A stretch of 64,000 nt of DNA from Ignavibacteriota bacterium (GCA_003820375.1 RPQH01000006.1:8861-72860); one strand, 5' to 3'. Shown: positions 8,820-18,847, counted from the first letter of the stretch. Translations and numbers: made by a program. The notes: generated by a model not told the origin, from the letters alone.

Positions 8820-11800
8820 ATGTTTTACAAAAATTTACCAAAGATGTTGTTGTGCTTATTAATACTTGGCTTTTTCCAGTTGGCACAATCCAGCGATAAA
8901 ATAAAAATTAAGCTTCACCAACCCCCTCCAAACAAATTGGGAACCGGTTCGCTCTGGAAGCTTGATGTAACAAACTTAACTAAATCACCAATCACAATTT
9001 ACCTTAAAGGAACCTTAACAGAAGAAGCCAACGGATTCATTGTTGAAGGTGAAACCAAACCATTTGAAGTAAAGTCAGGAAAATCAACTTATGGATATGA
9101 TGACTTCAAAAGCGGCAATATAAAATGGGTAAATAAAAAATATGAAGAGCCGATTATAAGAACCGGTGAAGTACCCAGTGGAAAATATACCATTTGTATC
9201 TCCGCTTATTTTGAAGATGGTTCTACAGCAGATGTAGAGCAATGTATAGAACAAATTATTAATAAAGAATCTTTATCTCAAATTGTATTGATAAGTCCGA
9301 ATGATGGTGAAGAAATTGATGCTAATGCAGGAATTAATTTTGTTTGGACAGGAACGGGATTGAAGGGACCTTATACTCTGCAAATCGTAGAGCTAAAAAA
9401 CGGTCAAACACCTGAGCAGGCTTTTAAAGAGAATAGGATATTTTATAGCAAAGAAAAGATTGGCAATACATCATACCAATATCCACCAGATGCCCCAATA
9501 ATAATAAATGGTAAATCCTACACATGGATGATAAAAACAGATAAATTCAGAAGCGATATGGTGTCATTTACAACATTGCAGGTGAACATTTGTACAAATA
9601 TAGATGCCGATTTGCAGCCAATTATAGGAAATTATGGAAACTTTACATTTAAAATAAATACTACGGTTAGCTCCTATAACTGGGTAAAACTTCTGGATTA
9701 CCCCGCAATTTTTACTTCAGCAACAAGCAATATTTCGGGATGGAATATAAATTTAAATCCCAGCAGCCCGCCTTATAATTGGGTAAGTTGGGGAGGAAGC
9801 TACTACTTACCAACTGGTAATTATAATATAGGGCAGGTAGGTCTTAACGTCGGATTATTACCAACATATATTAGATATGAATGTTCAACAAATAATGGGA
9901 CAACAATTTATTGTACCGATAGTTTTTATGTTAAGAAGCCAGATCAACCCAGTGAATGTATATTGTGTGATGCCGGAACTGTACAAGGTCCCAATCTTTT
10001 AATAAATGGGAATTTTGATGCCGGGAATACAGGATTTACAACCGTAAATAGTAATTTTAATTCCGGTTCATTTTTAGGTAATGGTGGTGAGTATGATGTG
10101 GTTGCAGATGCTAATACTAAAAATTCTGCGTGGCATTCATTTGACCATACATCGGGTACCGGTACGGGAAAGTTTTTAGTATGTGATGGCAATAGAAATT
10201 TACAAACAGTTATATGGAAAAATAATATATCAAACTTACATACAAACACAAAATATATTTTCTGTGCATCCACTATAAATCTTGTCAGACCTAATGTTCC
10301 TCAAAATGAAGTGGATCCTATACTACAATTAAGAATAAACGGTACTGATATAGGTAGTACTGTCACACTTACAAATATACAAAACTGGAGAACGTTTAGT
10401 GAATTCTGGAATTCGGGTACGTCTACACAAGCAATAATTGAGATTGTTATGATAAGTATTCCATATCTAATCGGTAACGATGTAGGATTAGATGATATTT
10501 CATTTAATGCTTGTAATGCATTAGAATGTAAAGTCTGCGGTGAAGGAACAATTCAAGGTCCTAATCTTTTAACAAATGGAGATTTTAGTGGAGGAAATGT
10601 GGGATTTACATCCGGTGCATCATATAACCACACCACTGCATTAACACCTAATCAATTTGATGTTTGTTCAAATGCTTCACTAAAAAATAATGCATGGAGC
10701 CCTTTTGACCACACAAGTGGAACGGCATCAGGCTCATTCTTTGTATGTGATGGAGCTAGTACAGGAAATACAAGTCTTTGGCATACATCAAACTCAATCA
10801 CTGTTAATAAAAACACAAAATATGTGTTTTGTGCATGGGCAAGAAATCTTGTCACACCACCGAATAATATGGAAGATCCAGTACTAGTACTAAAAATAAA
10901 TGGAATACCTATTGGCAATCCGCAAACACTTTCAGAAGGAGAGGGATGGAGAGTTGGCTCAATAATTTGGAATTCCGGAACTTCTACTTCTGCGGATATT
11001 GAAATAATATTAACCTCACAAGGATATGGTGGAAATGATGTAGCCTTAGATGATATATCATTCAGTGAGTGTTCAGTTACTAAATGCAGTGAGTGTGAAA
11101 ATGAACCAACAGGTCCTGCGCTAACCGTAAATGGTAATTTTAATGCCGGTAATTTAGGATTTACATCAAGTGCTGCGTTTGATAATACTTCACCTTATGG
11201 CCCTGGGACATACAACATAGTGCAAAATGCACATACAATAAATCCTCAATGGCATTCATTTGATCATACGTCAGCTAATGGAACCGGAAGCTTTTTAGTA
11301 TGTGATGGGTTCATGAATAATACAACTGTAATGTGGGAACAATCAATTGATCAGCCGGTTGAAGAAAATAAAATTCAACCATGGAAGCAATATGTTTTTT
11401 GTGCATGGTTAATAAACCTTGATAGTTTACACATAACAGGTGCTGTAAATCCCAAAGTGCAATTGAGAATTAATAATGTTAATATAGGTCCGGAAATTGA
11501 GCTAAATAATTATGGAGTTTGGACAGAATTAAGTGAAACATGGAGTTCCGGAAATTCAAGTTCGGCAAATATTGAGCTTGTACTTACAACCCAGGGTTAT
11601 TTGGGTAACGATGTAGGTTTAGATGATATTTGCCTTCAGGAATTGATGCAGCAAGTTGATATACAATCTACTCATTTCACAATTCAAACAAATTGGGTCA
11701 GTGCATCAACTTATAATATCATTGCAACTCAACCACCACCGCCATCAGGACATTCATTTAATTGGCCGGGAGATTGCGGTTACTGGTGGAAAGTCTGCGC

Positions 11801-12077
11801 CATTGATGCAAGTGGTAATTGTACAGCTCCAATTGCAGAAAACCTTCCAGCATGGTGGACCTATAATTCAACTACATTTCCCGGCTATAATGGTGGAACT
11901 GCTAATGGCAATTTTGAGGTAGGCGTGATTTACCGTATATCATATGGTGTTTGGTGTCATTGTCTAAGCTGGAATTCATTTAGCTGTGATATACAAATGG
12001 GAAGTGATAGAAAACTAAAGGTAATAGAAAACAAAGGTACTATACCTTCACCCAAATTAAGTGAATTAGAAAAATAA
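8820..12077 (+). CDS. large secreted protein: N-terminal 'QPPP' module, three tandem jelly-roll/CBM-like domains and a Cys/Trp-rich C-terminal domain
   Basis: 1085-aa ORF with a signal peptide (LLCLLILGFFQLAQS). Internal triplication is described separately. No T9SS CTD recognised. Confidence 0.75.
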   Translation: MFYKNLPKMLLCLLILGFFQLAQSSDKIKIKLHQPPPNKLGTGSLWKLDVTNLTKSPITIYLKGTLTEEANGFIVEGETKPFEVKSGKSTYGYDDFKSGNIKWVNKKYEEPIIRTGEVPSGKYTICISAYFEDGSTADVEQCIEQIINKESLSQIVLISPNDGEEIDANAGINFVWTGTGLKGPYTLQIVELKNGQTPEQAFKENRIFYSKEKIGNTSYQYPPDAPIIINGKSYTWMIKTDKFRSDMVSFTTLQVNICTNIDADLQPIIGNYGNFTFKINTTVSSYNWVKLLDYPAIFTSATSNISGWNINLNPSSPPYNWVSWGGSYYLPTGNYNIGQVGLNVGLLPTYIRYECSTNNGTTIYCTDSFYVKKPDQPSECILCDAGTVQGPNLLINGNFDAGNTGFTTVNSNFNSGSFLGNGGEYDVVADANTKNSAWHSFDHTSGTGTGKFLVCDGNRNLQTVIWKNNISNLHTNTKYIFCASTINLVRPNVPQNEVDPILQLRINGTDIGSTVTLTNIQNWRTFSEFWNSGTSTQAIIEIVMISIPYLIGNDVGLDDISFNACNALECKVCGEGTIQGPNLLTNGDFSGGNVGFTSGASYNHTTALTPNQFDVCSNASLKNNAWSPFDHTSGTASGSFFVCDGASTGNTSLWHTSNSITVNKNTKYVFCAWARNLVTPPNNMEDPVLVLKINGIPIGNPQTLSEGEGWRVGSIIWNSGTSTSADIEIILTSQGYGGNDVALDDISFSECSVTKCSECENEPTGPALTVNGNFNAGNLGFTSSAAFDNTSPYGPGTYNIVQNAHTINPQWHSFDHTSANGTGSFLVCDGFMNNTTVMWEQSIDQPVEENKIQPWKQYVFCAWLINLDSLHITGAVNPKVQLRINNVNIGPEIELNNYGVWTELSETWSSGNSSSANIELVLTTQGYLGNDVGLDDICLQELMQQVDIQSTHFTIQTNWVSASTYNIIATQPPPPSGHSFNWPGDCGYWWKVCAIDASGNCTAPIAENLPAWWTYNSTTFPGYNGGTANGNFEVGVIYRISYGVWCHCLSWNSFSCDIQMGSDRKLKVIENKGTIPSPKLSELEK
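9957..11640 (+). repeat. three tandem 186-190-codon domain repeats inside the CDS
   Basis: Units start at 9957, 10527 and 11085, each at a C-x2-C motif. Each reads 'C..C..G...GPNLL.NG.F..GN.GFT....W..FDHTS....G.F.VCDG......W.......NTKY.FCA......P......I.L..NG..IG......W......WNSGTS..A.IE......Y.GNDV.LDDI'. Confidence 0.85.
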
Positions 12078-12185
12078 TGATAATAAATTCTAAATGTGAA
12101 ATTCATTAGAATTATTTTTTGTGCTGGGTGGAAATCTGCCCAGCACAATTTCACAAACTTTATAAAATTTATATAAGTCTAAAAC

Positions 12186-14795
12186 ATGAACAACATTAAA
12201 TACATATTAATAATCCTGGTTTTCATTGCAAACGGACTGGTTTATTCTCAGGGTGAGGTTATAGTACGTCTAAAACAGCCTCCTCCTTATAAAATAAACC
12301 TTGAAGATATGTGGAAACTTACTACCACAAATAATTCCGGGACAACTTACTCCGGTTATTTTAAAGGCATTATTACAAAAGCAGGATTTGGTGTTGTGGT
12401 AGAAGGAACAACCGCTGTTATGAATATACCTCCGGGGACTAAAATTGTTAGTCCCCGTGAAGTTGAACCGGTAGATGTTGATGAAAAAGCAGATAACATT
12501 AAAAACGTCCTCAAAACAACCGGTACTTTACCAAATGGCTCTTATGAAATATGCATTACTCTTTATGATAATGCTACAAATCTTCCGCTTGGGAATACAT
12601 GTATTATGCAGGAAGTTTTAAGTGTTTCACAAAGTGAACTTATCTCACCACAGGATGGAGAACTTGTAACTGCTCATTTGCCGGCATTCTCGTGGACACC
12701 GCCAAGACCGCTGCGTTCAACTTCTAATGTTACATATATGATTTCTGTGGTTGAAATAATGAGCATTCAAAGCGGAACCGATGCAATGGAATCTAATCCG
12801 GAGTTTCATCAAATACAGGGATTAAGAAATACTTTTTATCAATACCCCACATCATCAAAGCAATTTAAGCCGGGAAGAAAGTATGCCTGGCAGGTTAGCT
12901 GTTATATAGAGAACTTCTTAATCAGTAAAAGTGATGTGCAGGAGTTTTCTTATTCAGCTTTGAACGACACAAATATTTTTCTCCAGGTGAGCAAGGAAAA
13001 GCCGCATATACCGATTCATAGGCCACCAATGTCCTTTAACAACTTTCGGTTAAAGCCATCATCAGCAAGTGAATTACAACTGAAAAAACAAACTCCTTTG
13101 TTTTTATTTTCGGGCAGTTCGGAAATTTATGGAGAATCTTCAAACCGTACGGGGACTTTATCCAACAACCCGCAAAGGTTCGCTGATTGGTCGATAAATC
13201 CAACTCTATATATAAAAGGAGTTCCGTTAGGGATAAACTTATTAATTTCTACCCGGCAGCAGGGAATAAAACAAAGCATGAATATGGCCGGAATGTCTTT
13301 TGACCCGGCTACTTTAAAAGATGTAGTTGAGCAGAAAGTGCAAAATTATCTCGAATCTAAACGAGATGAGATAGAACAGAAGGTTACAAAAGAAGGTGAA
13401 AAATACAGAAATAAGATAGAAACTGAATATAAGAACAAATTCACAAGCGGACTGCCATTTATATTTAAAGCATTTAACTCATTTAAATCACTTGGTATTG
13501 GCACAACTTATCCTGAATGGACAAAATATACTTTGAGCGGAGTACCTCAAACAGGATTAAGCTTTGAGTTTAATCCCGGATTATTTTACATTGCGGGTTC
13601 AGCTTTCAAGAACAAAGACCCGATAGAAAACAAAACTTTCCGCAGGAATATTTATGCAGGCAGACTTGGTATTGGAAAAAAAGAATATTCGCATTTCTTT
13701 ATAACAACATTGTTCGCAAAGGATTTTGAAAATTCAATAAAAGTTAATGATACGAATTCAGTATTAAGACCGGCAGCAAATTATATTGTTGGAACCGAAG
13801 GCAAGCTCAGCCTTTTCAGAAATAAATTCTCTATTGAAGGTGAGGTAAATGCATCATTATTTACATCAGATGTTACAGCACCTGAGCTTGCATCGGATAA
13901 AATACCAACAATTTTGAAGAACATTTTCAATCCCAGGTCAACCAGCAGTATAGATGGATATGTATCCGGAAAAATGTCATACGAGAACCAAAAATCAAAT
14001 ACAAAGACATATTTCAAGGTAACGATGATAGGACCCGGTTACAAATCGCTTGGCAGTTCATCTACACAAAACGATAAGCTTGAGTTCGAATACAAGCTTG
14101 ACCAAAAGCTGGTAAAGAACCGTATTGCTGTAAGTATAAAAGTGCTGAATTTCAGAGATAACCTGATAGAAAATTGGAAGAGCTTCACGTCAAATACAAC
14201 GATGGGTATTTTAAACTTAACATTGAACTTTCCCAAATACCCGCGACTTGCAATAATCTACATTCCGTTATTTTCAAAAAACAACTCTTCCAATGATACT
14301 GATAAGACTAATGACCAGACACATGCATTTACATTTGTTGCTTCGTATAATACAAAGGTAAGCAGTTTAACATTATCGACTTTTGTAACTGCAGGGATAA
14401 CGGATAATTCAACTTTTAAATCCCGGAATGACGGCTTTACAAAAAATATTACATTAACCGAAATGTTCAACTTCAAATTCCCGCTGACACTTTCAGGAAA
14501 CATTGGTTTGGTTCAAACGTCAGATAAGTTAAACGGTTATACACGATTAATTACAGGCGGATTTACTGCGGGTTATGTTCTCAAAAATAATTGGACAAAC
14601 AATGCGGGTTTCGGGATTGATGTTTCACAAGATATGAATAAAAAGTTTATTTTCTTTCTTAATTCAACATATGCTTTTAACGAATATCTATCTCTTGATG
14701 TAAGAGCTGAAAAAAATGTTTATAGAGACTGGATATATAATAATTCAAATTATGATGAGTTTAATTTAATATCTACTCTTTCTGCGAATTGGTAA
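12186..14795 (+). CDS. putative outer-membrane beta-barrel protein carrying the same N-terminal 'QPPP' module as the preceding gene
   Basis: 869-aa ORF with a signal peptide. Residues about 25-245 align by eye with residues about 30-245 of 8820-12077. The C-terminal 550 aa or so has alternating hydrophobic patterning and ends in an aromatic residue (...STLSANW), as in OM barrels. The barrel call is inference. Confidence 0.55.
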   Translation: MNNIKYILIILVFIANGLVYSQGEVIVRLKQPPPYKINLEDMWKLTTTNNSGTTYSGYFKGIITKAGFGVVVEGTTAVMNIPPGTKIVSPREVEPVDVDEKADNIKNVLKTTGTLPNGSYEICITLYDNATNLPLGNTCIMQEVLSVSQSELISPQDGELVTAHLPAFSWTPPRPLRSTSNVTYMISVVEIMSIQSGTDAMESNPEFHQIQGLRNTFYQYPTSSKQFKPGRKYAWQVSCYIENFLISKSDVQEFSYSALNDTNIFLQVSKEKPHIPIHRPPMSFNNFRLKPSSASELQLKKQTPLFLFSGSSEIYGESSNRTGTLSNNPQRFADWSINPTLYIKGVPLGINLLISTRQQGIKQSMNMAGMSFDPATLKDVVEQKVQNYLESKRDEIEQKVTKEGEKYRNKIETEYKNKFTSGLPFIFKAFNSFKSLGIGTTYPEWTKYTLSGVPQTGLSFEFNPGLFYIAGSAFKNKDPIENKTFRRNIYAGRLGIGKKEYSHFFITTLFAKDFENSIKVNDTNSVLRPAANYIVGTEGKLSLFRNKFSIEGEVNASLFTSDVTAPELASDKIPTILKNIFNPRSTSSIDGYVSGKMSYENQKSNTKTYFKVTMIGPGYKSLGSSSTQNDKLEFEYKLDQKLVKNRIAVSIKVLNFRDNLIENWKSFTSNTTMGILNLTLNFPKYPRLAIIYIPLFSKNNSSNDTDKTNDQTHAFTFVASYNTKVSSLTLSTFVTAGITDNSTFKSRNDGFTKNITLTEMFNFKFPLTLSGNIGLVQTSDKLNGYTRLITGGFTAGYVLKNNWTNNAGFGIDVSQDMNKKFIFFLNSTYAFNEYLSLDVRAEKNVYRDWIYNNSNYDEFNLISTLSANW

Positions 14796-14811
14796 GATAA
14801 TAAGCTGAATA

Positions 14812-14848
14812 TAAAAGGGTGAAGCAATTTATGCTTTGCCCTTTTATT
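14812..14848 (+). terminator. rho-independent terminator closing the 5252-14795 operon
   Basis: aaaaggg-tgaagca...tgctttg-cccttttatt: an imperfect GC-anchored hairpin followed by a T-rich run, 17 nt after the stop codon. Confidence 0.5.
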
Positions 14849-15491
14849 ACCAAATATTCTTTTGGTAAAGTTTTATTTGAGTGATAGTTAAGATTAATTA
14901 ATTAAGATGTTTATTAAATTAATCACAGTTGATCTCATGCAGTAGAAATACTGGAAGTTGTAAAATAAAATGTATAATATTACTGCGATAACCTGAAATA
15001 TTGAAACTATGTAATTTATTGTTTTCATTTTTTTCTCCTGTTATGTTTAAATTTTAGTTAATGTCAATGTTTGATTTGCTTATGTAGTTACTGTTCAGGA
15101 ATTGGCTGTAATCGGATTCATTGTGTTTTTGAATGGCTGCACCGTCAGGTAAAAAAATCCAGTAGAATTTGAAATTGTCAGTGCTGTTTGCCTGTATTTT
15201 GTTCTTTTTTGTTTTGGTTGCGGTTTTCATTTTTATAGTCCCTTCTATTTTGGTTGTTTTTCTTATACAAAGTTATTTTCAAAGCTTAGGGACTTTCTTA
15301 CAAAAACCTTACAGGAAAATTGTTGAAAAACAGAGGGAATTTGCGAGATTAACCACTTTTTTGTGAAAGGTACGATTTACTCAAAAGGTTATTATTAATA
15401 ATTATAAACCATAATAAATATTTACCATATGTTTAAAAAAAAGTTTATATTTAACATCAGTTTATCAATAAGCTGTAAATAATAGTATATT

Positions 15492-18400
15492 ATGCCCGAG
15501 CTTATTTTCCAGAATAGAGTTTCCCCCAAAAAAATACCTGATAATATCGTTTCAAGGAAACGATTATTAGATAAAATGCTTGCTAACAAGCAGAAAAGTG
15601 TGATTATTGTAGAATCACCTGCAGGATATGGCAAAACCACATTAGTCCAGGATTTTTTATTGACTTCAGATATTCAATATTGCTGGTATTATGCCACTGA
15701 GGATGTTAATAACTTTTACACTTTTATAAGCTATATAATACATTCGATAAGAAAACTGCAGGAGAATTTTGGCGGGAATATATTTGAAGTAATTGAATCA
15801 CTCCGGCAAAGCATGTCCCTTCCTAATAATTTAAATACAATAATCACTACAGTTCTGGGAGTATTTATTAATGAATTTCTGCAATGTTTTAAAAATGATG
15901 TTTACCTGGTAATAGATGATTTGCATAAGCTTGAAGAAGATGAATGGCTGAATCTGACTTTTAAGAATTTAATAGCCGATTTACCCGAAAATCTCCACAT
16001 AATAATTACAACCCGTACTTCACCGAAATTTGACACGGCAGTTCTTTCAGCTAAAAGAAATCTGCTTTATATAGGTTCAAAAGAATTATATTTTGATAAT
16101 AAAGAAATAATTCTTCTCCTGGAAAAAGTTTATTCTATTAATTACCGTGAGGAAGATATTTCTGCATTCGGAAAAAAAATTAACGGCTGGATAACCGGAA
16201 TTCATCTTGTATTACAGTCATATGGTAAGGATTTCTATAAAGCCACTTTTGGAAAGAATGAACTGCCTGAAAACATATTTTATTTTTTTGCCAATGACAT
16301 CTTTAATGACCTGGATGATGATGTAAAAACATTTTTAATTAATACTGCTCTGCTTGAAAATTTCAATCCTGAAACATGCAATAATATATTAAATATTAGT
16401 AACAGCCAAAAAATTATCAGTTACTTATTACGAAAAAATATTTTTATTGAAAGTACTGAATCATTTCCTGAAGATACAAGCTCAAAGAACACCTGTTATA
16501 ATTATCACGGGCTTTTTAAGCAATTCTTGGTTACAAAATTGAAGAAAACATTAACGGGGGATGAAGTTTGCGGACTTTCAAAAAAAATATATACCTACTA
16601 TAAAAATCACGATGATCTTGAATCTTCAATTAAGTTTGCTCTGCTCTGTAAAGAATATGAGTGTGCAATCGAAATAATAATAAAGTTATTTCCTTCCCTT
16701 TTTGATGAATTGAGATTCAATACATTGTGGAATTGGCTTTCTGAAATTCCGGAAAAATGTATTTCAAATAATTATCTTCTTAAGTTTTATAAAGGCAAAT
16801 TACTCAAATCTTTAAAAGGTGATATTAATAACTCATGCATATGTTTCAGGGAATGTCTGATGTTAAATGAATTTATAAATAACGAAGATTTGTTAACCGA
16901 TTGTATTGTGCAATTAACGGATGTATACCGGTTACTGGGGAATGCTGATGAAGCATTATTCTATCTTAACGACGCTATAGAGAAAATACATAAGCCGGAA
17001 AATAAAGTAATATTATATTATTGGCAAGCAAGTATAAATTACAGATTAGGTCCCATAAAATATGATGAAGTTGTTGATATTATAAACAAGTGTTTAAGTT
17101 TACTTGAAGAAAATGGAATAAAAGGAAATAATGCTGAAATCTTTAATTTATTAGGCAATATATACTTAGATAAAGGTGAATTAGTTAAAGCATTTTTTTA
17201 TTACGAGTTGGTTATTAAGAATGAAAAAAATATATACAAAAAATTTCAAGCTTTAAATTTAATTCAATTATTATCATCCGCTGGTGAGTATGTGAAAGCA
17301 AAGGCATACCTTGATGAAGCTTATGAAATATCTCAAAAATATCCTTCTGCATTTTTTGAAAGAAATTTTCTCAGGATTAAAGCAATGTTTTGCCTTGAAT
17401 GCGGGGATTATGAAGAATGTATTAATTCATACTGGAAATTAATAGATATTGAAATAAAAAATAATACACCCCAATTTATTTTTTGGTATTATCTTCTGAT
17501 GGGTGAGGTGAGTACTTTCTTAAACAAATATGAAATTGCAGCTCAGTTTTATGAACTTGCAGCTAAGTATATAATACAAAATGATGAATATGAACTTCTG
17601 GAGTATGAATTGCGAAAAACAATCCTGTTGAATAAAAGCCAGACAGACCCTGAGTTTGAGAAGTTGCTTTTAAAAACATTAAAATATTATGAGTCACATA
17701 ATATGTTGAATAGTAAGGTCCAATTGGAGCTATATTTAGCAGATTATTATTTTAAAAACGGTTCACTGGATGCTGCACTTGTATATCTGACTTCTTCGCT
17801 TTCTGTTTCTTCAAACAAGAAATATGTTTCATTTCTTGAACAAAATTATTTGAATTTCAGATATCTTTTTGATCTGGCTTTTTCATATGGTATTGAAAAA
17901 AATCTAATCAATAATTGTAAACTGCAATTATTCGAAAAAATAAATTATCAATGGTTATCAGAAGATTGCAAGTTACGTCTTAAAAATGAGCTCGAATGTC
18001 TATATGATATTAAATTATTTACATTTGGAAGCATAGAATTATTTGTCAGGGGAGTTCCTATAACAGAAGAAAGATGGATAAGGAAAAAAAGTAAATTAAT
18101 TCTAGTTTACCTGTTACTGAATCCAGAAAAAAAGTTTACCAAAGATAAAATGATGGATATGTTTTTTAGTGACCTATCAGCAGAGTCTGCAGAAAATATC
18201 TTTCACCAGGCAATTACCAATATAAGGAACTGTGTTAAACCGGTTTATAAAGAATTTAATAGTGGGATGACAAGTGTAGACAAACCAAAATCTAAAAAGG
18301 ATAAAAAAACAGGAGCTTCAACTTTTCCGGAAATAAATTTCGTGATTTATGAAGATAAAATTCTTCGATTGAATGAAGATTATTATTATAAGGTTGATGC

Positions 18401-18827
18401 TATTGATTTCAATAAACTTTACAATAAAGTTAAATCCTCAGAATCCAGTATTGATATTAAAGAAGACTCAGCAACAAAAGCTATTCGTCTTTACAATGGT
18501 GATTTTCTTGCAGGACAATATGAACAATGGTGTGAAGAAATGAGAGAAGAATATTTAAACAAATATATTGTTCTGTGTGAAACACTGATAAATATTTATC
18601 TTAAGAAGAAAAAAGATTTTGAACTTACAGTTTATGCAGAAAAGCTTTTAAAAGTTGATAAGTTAAATGAAGATGCATATTTCAATTTAATTCAAGCATA
18701 TGTAAATATAGGTAACATTAATTTAGCCAGAAGTAAATATTCCAATATGATGAAGGTATTTTGTGAAGAATTAGGAGAGAAACCTTCCTGCAGTGTTCTA
18801 GATAAAATAAAAAAGATCTTACTTTAA
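15492..18827 (+). CDS. MalT-like STAND ATPase regulator with TPR-like middle region and C-terminal winged-helix + BTAD (SARP-type) output
   Basis: N-terminus 'VIIVESPAGYGKTTL' (Walker A, very MalT-like) and 'YLVIDDLHKL' (Walker B). Long helical-repeat middle region. The C-terminal 260 aa or so, 'FTFGSIELFVRGVPI...W.RKKSKLILVYLLLNP...AIRLYNGDFLAG...W...REEYLNKY...AYFNLIQAYVNIGNINLARSKY', is an OmpR-type wHTH plus BTAD. Confidence 0.75.
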   Translation: MPELIFQNRVSPKKIPDNIVSRKRLLDKMLANKQKSVIIVESPAGYGKTTLVQDFLLTSDIQYCWYYATEDVNNFYTFISYIIHSIRKLQENFGGNIFEVIESLRQSMSLPNNLNTIITTVLGVFINEFLQCFKNDVYLVIDDLHKLEEDEWLNLTFKNLIADLPENLHIIITTRTSPKFDTAVLSAKRNLLYIGSKELYFDNKEIILLLEKVYSINYREEDISAFGKKINGWITGIHLVLQSYGKDFYKATFGKNELPENIFYFFANDIFNDLDDDVKTFLINTALLENFNPETCNNILNISNSQKIISYLLRKNIFIESTESFPEDTSSKNTCYNYHGLFKQFLVTKLKKTLTGDEVCGLSKKIYTYYKNHDDLESSIKFALLCKEYECAIEIIIKLFPSLFDELRFNTLWNWLSEIPEKCISNNYLLKFYKGKLLKSLKGDINNSCICFRECLMLNEFINNEDLLTDCIVQLTDVYRLLGNADEALFYLNDAIEKIHKPENKVILYYWQASINYRLGPIKYDEVVDIINKCLSLLEENGIKGNNAEIFNLLGNIYLDKGELVKAFFYYELVIKNEKNIYKKFQALNLIQLLSSAGEYVKAKAYLDEAYEISQKYPSAFFERNFLRIKAMFCLECGDYEECINSYWKLIDIEIKNNTPQFIFWYYLLMGEVSTFLNKYEIAAQFYELAAKYIIQNDEYELLEYELRKTILLNKSQTDPEFEKLLLKTLKYYESHNMLNSKVQLELYLADYYFKNGSLDAALVYLTSSLSVSSNKKYVSFLEQNYLNFRYLFDLAFSYGIEKNLINNCKLQLFEKINYQWLSEDCKLRLKNELECLYDIKLFTFGSIELFVRGVPITEERWIRKKSKLILVYLLLNPEKKFTKDKMMDMFFSDLSAESAENIFHQAITNIRNCVKPVYKEFNSGMTSVDKPKSKKDKKTGASTFPEINFVIYEDKILRLNEDYYYKVDAIDFNKLYNKVKSSESSIDIKEDSATKAIRLYNGDFLAGQYEQWCEEMREEYLNKYIVLCETLINIYLKKKKDFELTVYAEKLLKVDKLNEDAYFNLIQAYVNIGNINLARSKYSNMMKVFCEELGEKPSCSVLDKIKKILL

Positions 18828-18847
18828 AAAATAAAAAAGAAACACTT

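Noticed and set aside
12119-12148. A 10-bp hairpin (ttgtgctggg...cccagcacaa) after the 1085-aa gene, considered as a terminator.
   Set aside because: The T-run precedes the stem rather than following it, and the next gene starts 38 nt later in the same operon. It is more likely an intercistronic structure than a terminator.
7462-14503. Track ORFs lying antisense to, or in another frame within, the large + strand genes (7462-7644, 7935-8120, 9944-10273, 10652-10918, 10690-10887, 11656-11922, 11957-12154, 13781-14017, 14039-14236, 14258-14503).
   Set aside because: Each is embedded (11957-12154 partly) in a much longer ORF that has clear domain content. Their products are low-complexity or lack motifs, so they are typical shadow ORFs.
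15169-15366. 65-aa TTG-initiated hydrophobic ORF from the track.
   Set aside because: It consists of T-rich low-complexity sequence, has no SD, and competes with the minus-strand small ORFs. The evidence is insufficient for a CDS call.
15422-15640. 72-aa minus-strand ORF overlapping the start of the STAND regulator gene.
   Set aside because: It is antisense to the well-supported regulator N-terminus and has no motifs.
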